Positions 1-8,588 of a DNA stretch of 64,000 bases are shown here, in pieces. Position numbers and translations under genes: made by a program. Each line of letters begins with the position of its first letter. The first letter of the stretch is position 1. The notes beneath the pieces were generated by a model. It worked only from the letters and a program-made list of their open reading frames with translations. It was not told the DNA's origin and searched no databases. Source of the stretch: Candidatus Falkowbacteria bacterium HGW-Falkowbacteria-1 (GTDB lineage Bacteria > Patescibacteriota > Patescibacteriia > Patescibacteriales > UBA12465); NCBI GenBank assembly GCA_002840305.1, contig PHAI01000002.1, positions 202,707-266,706 on the forward strand. Reading direction: 5' to 3'.

Positions 1-86
1 AAAATATTAGCTATGGAAGATGCTAGTCTGCCAATTGTTTTGCCTTCGGCGTCTATTTTATGTAATTTTCTCTCAACATTTTTCAT
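1..86 (-). CDS. rplM: 50S ribosomal protein L13, 5' part (runs off window)
   Basis: Manual translation from ATG at 86: MKNVERKLHKIDAEGKTIGRLASSIANI, matching the L13 IDA-GK-LGRLAS motif; follows rplQ. Confidence 0.9.
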   Translation of the reverse strand, partial: MKNVERKLHKIDAEGKTIGRLASSIANI

Positions 87-120
87 ATTTATATCTTTGT
101 TATTTTTAATCAAAATTTAA

Positions 121-471
121 TTAAACCAACTCAACTTGTACCATTTCAGCTCCATCTCCTTGACGATGACCAGTTTTAATAATTCTAACACAACCGCCAT
201 TTCTGTCTTTATATCTGTCACCCAAAACGGACATAGCTTTCTCAACTGCCTTAGGTTGAATAACGGTTTTAAGCAAACTTCTTCTGGCCGTAAGATCTCC
301 CTTTTTGGCAATTGTTATAACTTTTTCAACTAAAGGTTTAACAACTTTAGCCTTAGCTTTGGTTGTTTTAATTTTTTCATGCAAAATAATACTAGAAACC
401 ATATTTCTAAGCATTGCACCACGAGCCTCTTTGTCTCTATCTAAAGTTTTTACTTTATTTCTGTGTCTCAT
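121..471 (-). CDS. rplQ: 50S ribosomal protein L17
   Basis: MRHR, IKTTKAKAK and RQGDGAEM motifs; downstream of rpoA. Confidence 0.98.
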   Translation of the reverse strand: MRHRNKVKTLDRDKEARGAMLRNMVSSIILHEKIKTTKAKAKVVKPLVEKVITIAKKGDLTARRSLLKTVIQPKAVEKAMSVLGDRYKDRNGGCVRIIKTGHRQGDGAEMVQVELV

Positions 472-498
472 ATAAAATATTTACTAAATTATAATCTA

Positions 499-1323
499 TT
501 ATTTTTTTCCTTTTTTTATCTTTTTTTCTTCATTCAAAACCTTCGCTTTAGCCTTAACCTTACTTTTGATTTCAACTTTTTCTAAAACTGGCTCGGCATC
601 TTCAGCCTCAACTTTAATTTCAACATCATTGTCCAACATGGACAAAGATTTGAATTGCTCTATTAAAATGCTAACCGAATTGTCAAAAGCTTCCTTGACA
701 GAAATGGTTCCATCAGTTTCTATGTCTAATATCAATTTGTCCCAATTAGTCATCTTACCAACACGAACATTCTCCACTTTAGCGCTAACTGCCAAAACCG
801 GAGAGAAAATAGAATCAATTTCAATATAATCTATTTCTTTAATTTCTTTCTTGTTTCTTTCAACTAGCAAATAACCCCTGCCCTTAGCAACATATATTTC
901 CATACTCAAGTTAGAAATCGCCTCCGTTGTATTAGCTAGAACTAAATCTTGATTAACTATTTCAACTTGACTATTCTTTTGAATATCAGCGGCTGTTATC
1001 TGTTTTTTACCTTTAACGTTTAGCTCTAACTTTATTGGTTCTTCTGTGTCTGCAAAAATTTTTAACCTTAATTGTTTAAGATTTAAGATAATATCAACGA
1101 TATCCTCTTTAACACCCGACAACGACATAAATTCATGCTTTACTCCTTTTATTTTCACTCCCACAACGGCTGCGCCAGGAAGAGATGAAAGTAGCACCCT
1201 TCTCAAAGAATTCCCCAATGTCATTCCGTATCCAGGATAAAAAGGTTCAACAACTACAAAACCATTGTTTGATTTACTATCTTGATTAAATTCTACTTTT
1301 TTAGGTAAAGCTATTTTTTCCAT
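499..1323 (-). CDS. rpoA: RNA polymerase alpha subunit (NTD only, no recognisable CTD)
   Basis: EPFYPGYGMTLGNSLRRVLLSSLPGAA, HEF and GRGY motifs; ends in a K/E-rich tail. Confidence 0.97.
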   Translation of the reverse strand: MEKIALPKKVEFNQDSKSNNGFVVVEPFYPGYGMTLGNSLRRVLLSSLPGAAVVGVKIKGVKHEFMSLSGVKEDIVDIILNLKQLRLKIFADTEEPIKLELNVKGKKQITAADIQKNSQVEIVNQDLVLANTTEAISNLSMEIYVAKGRGYLLVERNKKEIKEIDYIEIDSIFSPVLAVSAKVENVRVGKMTNWDKLILDIETDGTISVKEAFDNSVSILIEQFKSLSMLDNDVEIKVEAEDAEPVLEKVEIKSKVKAKAKVLNEEKKIKKGKK

Positions 1324-1355
1324 ATAAATAATATAAATTATTATTTTATTTATGA

Positions 1356-1991
1356 CTATTTTGAATAATACTCAATAATCATGTAAGTCTTAATATTCAT
1401 TGGTAAGTCTTGATGCCTAGGATCGTGCAATATCTTAACCGACAACTCCTTGCCATCAACATTTAACCAACTTTTTTGTTCTGAAACTATATTTTTTAAT
1501 TTTTCAGGTAATATTTTAAAATATCTATTGTCAAAAGAGCTTTTTCTGACGGTTATTTTTTGGCCTATTTTTGTTTGATAAGAAGGAATGTCAACTTTTC
1601 TGTCATTAATTTTAAAATGACCATGATTAACTAATTGTCTGGCTAAACTTCTAGAGGGTGCTAAACCAGATCTATAAATCACATTGTCTAGTCTCATTTC
1701 TAAGAATTTCAAAAAATTAGCGCCTATATCGCCACCTTTTTTCTGAATTTTATCAAAGGCTAACTTAAATTGATCCTCTGATAAACCATAGTATTTTTTA
1801 GCTTTTTGTTTTTCTGATAATTGCAATCCGTAATCACTAAGTCTTTTTTTACCCTTAGGACCATGAAACCCTGGCGGATAATTTCTCTTTACCATTGCAC
1901 ATTTAGTCGAAGAACATCTCTCACCTTTTAGTAAAAGTTTCTCTCCGATACGACGACATTGTTTGCATTTTGGATCTAAATTTTTTCCCAT
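1356..1991 (-). CDS. rpsD: 30S ribosomal protein S4 (Cys-containing type)
   Basis: PKCKQCRR, SDYGLQLSEKQK, LEMRLDN, ARQLVNHGH; start moved to MGKNLDPK at 1991. Confidence 0.97.
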   Translation of the reverse strand: MGKNLDPKCKQCRRIGEKLLLKGERCSSTKCAMVKRNYPPGFHGPKGKKRLSDYGLQLSEKQKAKKYYGLSEDQFKLAFDKIQKKGGDIGANFLKFLEMRLDNVIYRSGLAPSRSLARQLVNHGHFKINDRKVDIPSYQTKIGQKITVRKSSFDNRYFKILPEKLKNIVSEQKSWLNVDGKELSVKILHDPRHQDLPMNIKTYMIIEYYSK

Positions 1992-2013
1992 ATTTATAAA
2001 TAAAATTAATATT

Positions 2014-2634
2014 CTATACTCTTCTTGGTTTTTTAGGACGACAACCATTATGAGGAACTGCTGTGATATCCTTGATTGATTCTATTTCTATTCCATTAGC
2101 ATTTAAAGCTCTTATAGCTCCTTCCCTGCCAGTACCAACACCAGACACAAAAACCTTCACACTTTCCAAGCCATATTCTTCTTTAGCTTTCAAAGTGGCT
2201 ATCTTGGTTATTATCTGCGCGGCATAAGGAGTAGCCTTTTTTGCCCCTTTAAAACCAGCCATACCAGCACTAGCCCAAGATATAATGTTCCCATTCTTAT
2301 CGGCTAAAGACAAAATAGTGTTGTTATAAGTGGCATTAATATAAGCATGACCTGACTTTATTTTTACATTTTCTTTCTTTTTTTTCTTTTTGATTATTTT
2401 CTTTTTATTTCTAGCTTGCTTATTTTTCTCCAATCTCTGCTTTATTTCTTCTGGTAAATCTTCGCTTTCTTCTTTTTTATTCAAATCAGAATTAGAGCTA
2501 TTGTCAGCAAATAAATCATCGTCCAGATTCCCAACTGAAAAATCTTCACTTTGATCAGATTCTTTTTTACTAACATCCCCTTCGTCGGAAATAATTTTTT
2601 CTTCCTTTTTATTGTCTTTTTTTTCTTCTGACAT
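2014..2634 (-). CDS. rpsK: 30S ribosomal protein S11 with long N-terminal extension
   Basis: ATYNNTI, GFKGAKKATPYAAQ, PHNGCRPKKPRRV. Confidence 0.97.
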   Translation of the reverse strand: MSEEKKDNKKEEKIISDEGDVSKKESDQSEDFSVGNLDDDLFADNSSNSDLNKKEESEDLPEEIKQRLEKNKQARNKKKIIKKKKKKENVKIKSGHAYINATYNNTILSLADKNGNIISWASAGMAGFKGAKKATPYAAQIITKIATLKAKEEYGLESVKVFVSGVGTGREGAIRALNANGIEIESIKDITAVPHNGCRPKKPRRV

Positions 2635-2671
2635 ATTTTATTTATCTTAAATTAATATATTTAGATTAAAT

Positions 2672-3067
2672 TTAGGTTTTTTGGGCAGAAGCATTACTCT
2701 TTCCTGACCCCATAGTAGATCTTTTATTACCTCTAACAGTTCTGCTATTAGTTTTTGTTCTCTGTCCTCTCACTGGTAAATTTTTCGAATGACAAATTCC
2801 CTTGCGAGCTCCAATCTCTTTATATCTCTTTATATTACTAGCGACTTCTCTTCTTAAGTCACCTTCAGTGATATATTTTTTTTCTATTATCTCACGCAAA
2901 GTATTGACTTCAGCTTCTTTTAGGTCTACAACCCTAGTATCTTTGCTAACTTTAGCCAATTTTAAAATATCTTTTGAAAATTTTGGCCCAATACCAAAAA
3001 TATAAGTCAAGGCTATTTCTACCCTCTTATCATTTGGGATTGTTACTCCTGATATTCTTACTGCCAT
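2672..3067 (-). CDS. rpsM: 30S ribosomal protein S13
   Basis: [29 protein letters not shown]. Confidence 0.98.
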   Translation of the reverse strand: MAVRISGVTIPNDKRVEIALTYIFGIGPKFSKDILKLAKVSKDTRVVDLKEAEVNTLREIIEKKYITEGDLRREVASNIKRYKEIGARKGICHSKNLPVRGQRTKTNSRTVRGNKRSTMGSGKSNASAQKT

Positions 3068-3099
3068 AAAATTATTTAAAAATTAATTAATCTCAATAT

Positions 3100-3213
3100 T
3101 TACCCCTGTCTTTGTTTGTGTTTAGGGGTTTTACAAATAACGTAAACTCGTCCTTTACGTCGAACTATTTTACAGTCTTTACATATTTTTTTAGCACTGG
3201 CTCTAACTTTCAT
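3100..3213 (-). CDS. rpmJ: 50S ribosomal protein L36 (not in ORF track)
   Basis: Manual translation [37 protein letters not shown]. Confidence 0.98.
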   Translation of the reverse strand: MKVRASAKKICKDCKIVRRKGRVYVICKTPKHKQRQG

Positions 3214-3317
3214 ATTTATATCAAATTAAACATTATAAATCTTGTTATATCAATAAAAAATCTAACAAAAATGTTAAGATATTCTTATTCAATTTAAAAT
3301 ACAGAATCAAATAGATA

Positions 3318-3575
3318 TTAGAGGCGGAAAATTATTCTTCCCTTGCTCAAATCGTAGGGGCTCATTTGAATCTTGACCTTGTCTCCGGGAAGCAAACGAA
3401 TTTTATTCATTCTCATCTTACCAGACAAATGAGCCAAAATTTCATGACCATTCTCTAATTGAACCTTAAAAGTAGCGGCTGGCATCAACTCCAAAACCTC
3501 TCCCCTTAATTCAATAAAATCTTTTGAATCAATTATTTCTTTTGAATCAATTATTGGATTTTCTTTATTACCCAT
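3318..3575 (-). CDS. infA: Translation initiation factor IF-1
   Basis: [28 protein letters not shown] and [10 protein letters not shown]. Confidence 0.97.
   Translation of the reverse strand: MGNKENPIIDSKEIIDSKDFIELRGEVLELMPAATFKVQLENGHEILAHLSGKMRMNKIRLLPGDKVKIQMSPYDLSKGRIIFRL
3520..3555. repeat. Perfect 2x18-bp in-frame tandem duplication in infA 5' end
   Basis: TCTTTTGAATCAATTATT x2, encoding [12 protein letters not shown]. Confidence 0.9.
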
Positions 3576-3676
3576 TAAAACAAAGATTGACGAAAAAACT
3601 CTTTAAAAAAGCATTTTTATCAATTCCTAAAACAACAAAAAAACAAAATATTTATAAAAATATTTTCTATAAAATA

Positions 3677-3705
3677 ATTATATATTTATTTAATGTTATT
3701 GTCAA
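3677..3705 (-). promoter_or_regulatory. Consensus sigma70 promoter for infA/alpha operon
   Basis: Minus strand TTGACA-N17-TATAAT. Confidence 0.8.
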
Positions 3706-3765
3706 GAGCGTACTAGAAACATTATAGCGTTACGTTCATTAACATAAATATTAACCATTATTAAA

Positions 3766-4215
3766 TCAATATTTAACCGATCTGACTGGCCTGAAATACT
3801 CCGAATTTGATTTTGAATAATTAGAAACAGACCCTGTGTCCATCCTTACGGAATAAGCGCCAGTGTTAGAAACCTCAGATGACGACCATGTTTGATTTCT
3901 AACAAAACCTATTAAGCCTTTGTAAACTCTAAACTTAATCATTTCTTCCGATGATGGTAAAAACCAATCAGTATAAAAACCGTCCGTATATTCATCGGTC
4001 CTTTTAGCTGCTCCCGATTCAGAGCAATTGGCAACAATAAGGTCGGTATTACTTCTTCCGGCGCCAATTTCTTGGCCAGTACCACCTATCAAAGTATTAT
4101 TACAACCCCAAATAGTTGCTGGATCATCAGTAGTACTATTCCAGGTATACCAAGCATCTTTAGCAGCAGCTATTAAAATAATGCTTCCTCCTGAATAGAT
4201 ATCTGAACCATTATA
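3766..4215 (-). pseudogene. Lectin-like (DUF1566/Lcl-like) module A; out of frame with upstream ORF, no upstream ATG
   Basis: Open frame YNGSDIY...WGCNN...DWFLPSSEE...WSSSE...FRPVRS; paralog of module B. Confidence 0.55.
4116..4214. repeat. 99-bp exact direct repeat, copy 1
   Basis: TTGCTGGATC...GAACCATTAT identical to 4817-4915 (offset 701). Confidence 0.95.
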
Positions 4216-4922
4216 TTATTAATGGCGTAAGCTCTAACATAATATTTAGTTATTGAATTGAGACCGGTTATTTGGCCAGAGAATTCCCCAGATCCAGAAC
4301 CAACAACTAACTTGCTATTATTAATGGTTGGATTGGGATTTAACCCCCAAACAAAACCTCTTTCTGCAACAGAAGAAGCCCCTTGGCTAGTAATATCAGC
4401 ACTAACCGTTGCCTCATTCCCAGTAACATTAGAGATACTTGGGATATTAATAGTTGGTATTCCTTTGTTATATTTAATAGCCCTAATAGGCCTGAAATTA
4501 AGAGAATTAATTTTTCCATAATTAGAAAGAGATGAATTGTCCATCCTTAAAGTATAAGCGCCATCACTAGAATACTCCGTTGATGTCCAAAGATAATTTC
4601 TCACATAAGAAATCTGTGCTCTATATTTTCTAAATTCTAAGGCCTCCTTGGACGAAACCAAAAACCAATCAGTATAAAAACCATCCGTATATTCATCGGT
4701 TTTTTTAGCTGCTCCCGATTCAGAACAATTTAATACTATTGTTTGAGTATTATTTCTGCCAGAACCAATGTCTTGCCCTGTGGCACCCAAAATATTATTA
4801 TTACACCCCCAAATAATTGCTGGATCATCAGTAGTACTATTCCAGGTATACCAAGCATCTTTAGCAGCAGCTATTAAAATAATGCTTCCTCCTGAATAGA
4901 TATCTGAACCATTATTAAAAGA
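4173..4922 (-). CDS. Lectin-like module B plus FN3-like domain, in +1 frame relative to the pilin
   Basis: [20 protein letters not shown], then ERGFVWG...GSGSGEFS...YYVRAYAIN; frame open from 4922. Confidence 0.6.
   Translation of the reverse strand, partial: SFNNGSDIYSGGSIILIAAAKDAWYTWNSTTDDPAIIWGCNNNILGATGQDIGSGRNNTQTIVLNCSESGAAKKTDEYTDGFYTDWFLVSSKEALEFRKYRAQISYVRNYLWTSTEYSSDGAYTLRMDNSSLSNYGKINSLNFRPIRAIKYNKGIPTINIPSISNVTGNEATVSADITSQGASSVAERGFVWGLNPNPTINNSKLVVGSGSGEFSGQITGLNSITKYYVRAYAINNIMVQISIQEEALF
4817..4915. repeat. 99-bp exact direct repeat, copy 2
   Basis: Identical to 4116-4214. Confidence 0.95.
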
Positions 4923-5631
4923 CTACGCCACCACCACAGACAGCCCCTAATGCAACACTTACTTCGTCACCACAATTATGAATAAGATTTTGGCCTCCAT
5001 TGGCATAATCTATGACACAGGTAGCTTCTTCGTTGCAAATATACCCAAGCCCACAGACCGGTTCGCAAACCACCTCGGGTTGAACTGATTCTGGCAAACA
5101 ATTTTCGTTTAGTATTCCCCCTGGAGTTAGACATTTAAGACCATTTTCTAGGTTTGATATACTCTTTCCCAAACAAAAAGAAATGGTGTAAGCAGAGTAA
5201 TCTTCGCTGGGTGTATAATAAAAAGAATTTTCATCGCTATCACAAGTTCCATCGGCTGGAGTAGGTGCTGTAGGAATTATATTCATAAAATTTTCAAAGT
5301 CACCCGAGATAGAACCAGAACCCCACTCTTCTTCTGTCGGGTATCTACCCTGTTCGTTAAAAAATAATTCTAAAGCTGTCTGAACTTGTTTCATGTCGGC
5401 CACCCTACTGCTATCTCTAGCTCTAGACCTAGCTTGTTGCAAGGCAATTGTAGCAAGTGTCGCTAGTATTCCAATAATAGCTATTACTACCAACAATTCA
5501 ACTAATGTAAAAGCTTTTTTTCTCGTGTTTATTTTGTTTTTAGAGAAATAGACATTAAACAAACTGTCACCCCGGTGAAAGCTGGGGGCTATGAGGGTAA
5601 AGGCTTTTTTTGTTTTGAAAAAATTTTTCAT
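4915..5631 (-). CDS. Type IV pilin / GspG-like prepilin with Cys-rich C-terminal extension
   Basis: [20 protein letters not shown] cleavage motif, [26 protein letters not shown]. Confidence 0.92.
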   Translation of the reverse strand: MKNFFKTKKAFTLIAPSFHRGDSLFNVYFSKNKINTRKKAFTLVELLVVIAIIGILATLATIALQQARSRARDSSRVADMKQVQTALELFFNEQGRYPTEEEWGSGSISGDFENFMNIIPTAPTPADGTCDSDENSFYYTPSEDYSAYTISFCLGKSISNLENGLKCLTPGGILNENCLPESVQPEVVCEPVCGLGYICNEEATCVIDYANGGQNLIHNCGDEVSVALGAVCGGGVVF

Positions 5632-5634
5632 AAT

Positions 5635-7524
5635 TTACTTTCGTTCTAAAAGAACGGCCTTTATTCTTCTGACTCCAGCGCTAGAACTTTCTTCTTTCTG
5701 AATTTTAAAAACACCTAAATCAGAGACATTGTCGACATGAGGACCTCCACATATTTCTTTGGAAAAAAATACTTCGGAAAAATCAGAAAAATCTCCAACA
5801 GTATAAACCTTAACCTTCTCTCCGTATTTAGAATCAAAAACACCACTGGCGCCCATATCCTTGGCTTCTTGTAGATTCATTTCTTGGCACTTAACATCGT
5901 AGGATTTTGCAATAGCATCGTTTACTAATTGTTCAACTTGTTTTTTTTGCTCTTCGGTCATTTTTTCTGAATGAGAAAAATCAAAACGGAGTCTTTCGGC
6001 CGTAATATTACTACCACGTTGACTCACATGATCCCCCAAAACCTTTCTCAGTGCTGCCAACAAAAGATGTGCCGCCGTATGAAGCTTGGTTGTCGCCTCG
6101 CTTTGATCAGCCAAACCTCCTTTAAACTTGCCGGCACTAGCCGTTTTAGATAATTCTTGATGACGAGCAAATTCCTGTTTATATTCATTTACAAAATTTT
6201 CTGACTTAACAATATTTTTTTCATTTATTATTTCTTCCGTCATTTCGAAAGGATAACCATGGCTTTGAAATAAATCAAAAGCTATATAGCCATCAATCTT
6301 GGCTGATTTTTCAGCTAAAGAATTCAAAATCTTTTCTCCCCGCTCTATTGTCTTGGCAAATTTTGACTCTTCATCTTTCAAGCAATCAAAAACAAAATTT
6401 CTATTTCTATCTAGCTCCTGATAAAAATCTTTGTAAAAATCTATAACTATCTCTGACAGCTCTGACAAGAAGTAATCTTTATTTATATTAATTTGTCTGC
6501 TATAACGAAGCGCTCTTCTGATTAATCTTCTAATAACATATCCTTGGTCAGAATTAGAAGGAGATAGTTTTTTATCGTCACCGAGTAAAAAAGAAACCGC
6601 CTTTACATGGTCAGAAATAACCTCAAATGATTTTTTATGATTTTCATATTTCAAACCAGAAACTTCTTCTATTCTCTCTATAATTTTATTGAGAGAATCT
6701 ATTTTAAAAATATTAGAAAAAGAATTTTTAACCATAACGATTCTTTCTAATCCTCCACCAAAATCAACGTTTTTATTTTTCAACTCTTGCCAACCATTAT
6801 CCGTCTTTTGGTATTGCATAAAAACAGAATTGCCAATTTCTATAAACCGGCCACAATCACAGTTTAGATGACAATGCTTACCAAATTTTAAATCATGTTT
6901 TTTCCCAGTGTCATAAAAAGTTTCGCTGTCTGGGCCACCAAGCTCACCAACGGCATCACCTCTCTGCCACCAATTTTTATCTCGGTAAGCAAAAATTCTA
7001 TCTTTAGAAAAATCAATTTCAACTTGTGGACCAAAATCACCCTTAGTAATAGTTTCTGGTCCCTCATTTGCCTCTATTCCATATTTCAAGTAAATATTTT
7101 TTAAAATTTCAATTGATTCCGTGTCTTTAGAAATATTTTTTCCGTCACCAACATAGACAGTCTGATAAATTTTGGAAATATCTAGTCCCAAGTCTTCTAT
7201 CATAAATTCAAACCACCAGTTCAATTGCTCTTTTTTAAAATAATCACCCAAGCTCCAATTACCAAGCATTTCAAAAAAAGTGTTATGTCTGCCATCACCA
7301 ACCTCATCAATATCTTCGGAACGAAAACATTTTTGACTATTTGCCAACAACTTTCCCCCGGGATGACTTTCTCCAAGTAAATAAGGAACGAGAGGAAACA
7401 TGCCGGAATTTGTAAAGAGTAGGCTTGAATCATTCTCGGGAATTAGGGACGACGATGATATTATTTTGTGCTTTTTATTTTCAAAAAAATCAAAATATTT
7501 TTTTCTTATTTCACTTGATGTCAT
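5635..7524 (-). CDS. alaS: Alanine--tRNA ligase (short form, no C-Ala domain)
   Basis: LLFTNSGM, HNTFFEMLGNWSLGDYFK, HTAAHLL, EICGGPHV, GVRRIKA. Confidence 0.97.
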   Translation of the reverse strand: MTSSEIRKKYFDFFENKKHKIISSSSLIPENDSSLLFTNSGMFPLVPYLLGESHPGGKLLANSQKCFRSEDIDEVGDGRHNTFFEMLGNWSLGDYFKKEQLNWWFEFMIEDLGLDISKIYQTVYVGDGKNISKDTESIEILKNIYLKYGIEANEGPETITKGDFGPQVEIDFSKDRIFAYRDKNWWQRGDAVGELGGPDSETFYDTGKKHDLKFGKHCHLNCDCGRFIEIGNSVFMQYQKTDNGWQELKNKNVDFGGGLERIVMVKNSFSNIFKIDSLNKIIERIEEVSGLKYENHKKSFEVISDHVKAVSFLLGDDKKLSPSNSDQGYVIRRLIRRALRYSRQININKDYFLSELSEIVIDFYKDFYQELDRNRNFVFDCLKDEESKFAKTIERGEKILNSLAEKSAKIDGYIAFDLFQSHGYPFEMTEEIINEKNIVKSENFVNEYKQEFARHQELSKTASAGKFKGGLADQSEATTKLHTAAHLLLAALRKVLGDHVSQRGSNITAERLRFDFSHSEKMTEEQKKQVEQLVNDAIAKSYDVKCQEMNLQEAKDMGASGVFDSKYGEKVKVYTVGDFSDFSEVFFSKEICGGPHVDNVSDLGVFKIQKEESSSAGVRRIKAVLLERK

Positions 7525-7551
7525 AAAAATTTATTTTATTATCTTATTATT

Positions 7552-8577
7552 TTATTTTAATATATTAACCTCTGGTTCAAGTATGATAGCAAAACTATCA
7601 AAAACACTCTTTCTAATAAACTCAACCAAAAACAACAAATCTTCTTGTTTGGCATTGCCATAATTCACCAAGATTAAAGCTTGTTTCTCATAGACGCCAA
7701 CATTCTTGTACCTATAACCTTTAAGTCCACATTTTTCTATTAGCCAAGCAGCTGGAATCTTTACTCCTTTTAAATCTGGGAAGCTCTTTATGTCGGGAAA
7801 TTCACTTTTAATTTTCTCAAAAAAAGTTGAATCAACAATCGGATTCTTAAAAAACGAACCAGCATTGGCTAAAACTGCTGGGTTGGGTATTTTATCATTT
7901 CTCATTTCTTGAATAACGCTGCTCACATCCTCAAGACTTGGTTTTTCTATACCCTTGGCCAGTAATTTATTTCTAATATCACCATAATCTAGGTTAAACT
8001 TTTCTTTTTTACTTAATTTTATGGCTACCCATAAAATAAAATATCTATTTTTACCTTCACCTTTAAAAAAACTATGTCGATAAGAAAACTGACAATCTTT
8101 TAAATTAAAATGTTTTTTTTCTCCATTTTCTAAATCAATCGCACATAAATTATAGAAAATATCTTTCAACTCAACACCGTAAGCTCCAATATTTTGAACT
8201 GGAGACGCCCCAACTGTGCCTGGTATATAAAACAAATTTTCAGCACCATAATATTTTCTGCTTATTGCAAAATTTACTAATTTTGACCAGGTCTCTCCGC
8301 TGTACGATTTTATAATAACAGAATTCTCATTCTCACTAACAAGCTCAGTTCCTCTAATCTCATTTTTTATCACTAAACCATCAAAATCTGAATCAGAAAA
8401 TAAAGTATTTGAACCACCACCCAAAATAAATATTTTTTTACTTTTCTTTCTAGCCCAAGTCAAAGCAGCCAAAAATTCATCTTCATTTTTGACAACAACA
8501 AAAAACTTAGCCCTTCCGCCAATTTTGAGAGTTGAAAAGCTAGATAATTTAATATTTTTTTGAATATCAACTTGCAT
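7552..8577 (-). CDS. murB: UDP-N-acetylenolpyruvoylglucosamine reductase
   Basis: LGGGSN, IPGTVGASPVQNIGAYG, NAGSFFKNP, LEPEV. Confidence 0.97.
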   Translation of the reverse strand: MQVDIQKNIKLSSFSTLKIGGRAKFFVVVKNEDEFLAALTWARKKSKKIFILGGGSNTLFSDSDFDGLVIKNEIRGTELVSENENSVIIKSYSGETWSKLVNFAISRKYYGAENLFYIPGTVGASPVQNIGAYGVELKDIFYNLCAIDLENGEKKHFNLKDCQFSYRHSFFKGEGKNRYFILWVAIKLSKKEKFNLDYGDIRNKLLAKGIEKPSLEDVSSVIQEMRNDKIPNPAVLANAGSFFKNPIVDSTFFEKIKSEFPDIKSFPDLKGVKIPAAWLIEKCGLKGYRYKNVGVYEKQALILVNYGNAKQEDLLFLVEFIRKSVFDSFAIILEPEVNILK

Positions 8578-8588
8578 TTTAAATATAA

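Noticed and set aside
1992..2048. ORF-track extended start of rpsD
   Set aside because: Overlaps rpsK; S4 homology begins at MGKNLDPK
3766..4915. Diversity-generating retroelement TR/VR pair
   Set aside because: Differences between the two modules are not adenine-specific (e.g. coding T/C changes) and no reverse transcriptase is in the window
5635..7524. alaS truncation as a pseudogene
   Set aside because: Catalytic and editing motifs are intact; short AlaRS without C-Ala is a known form
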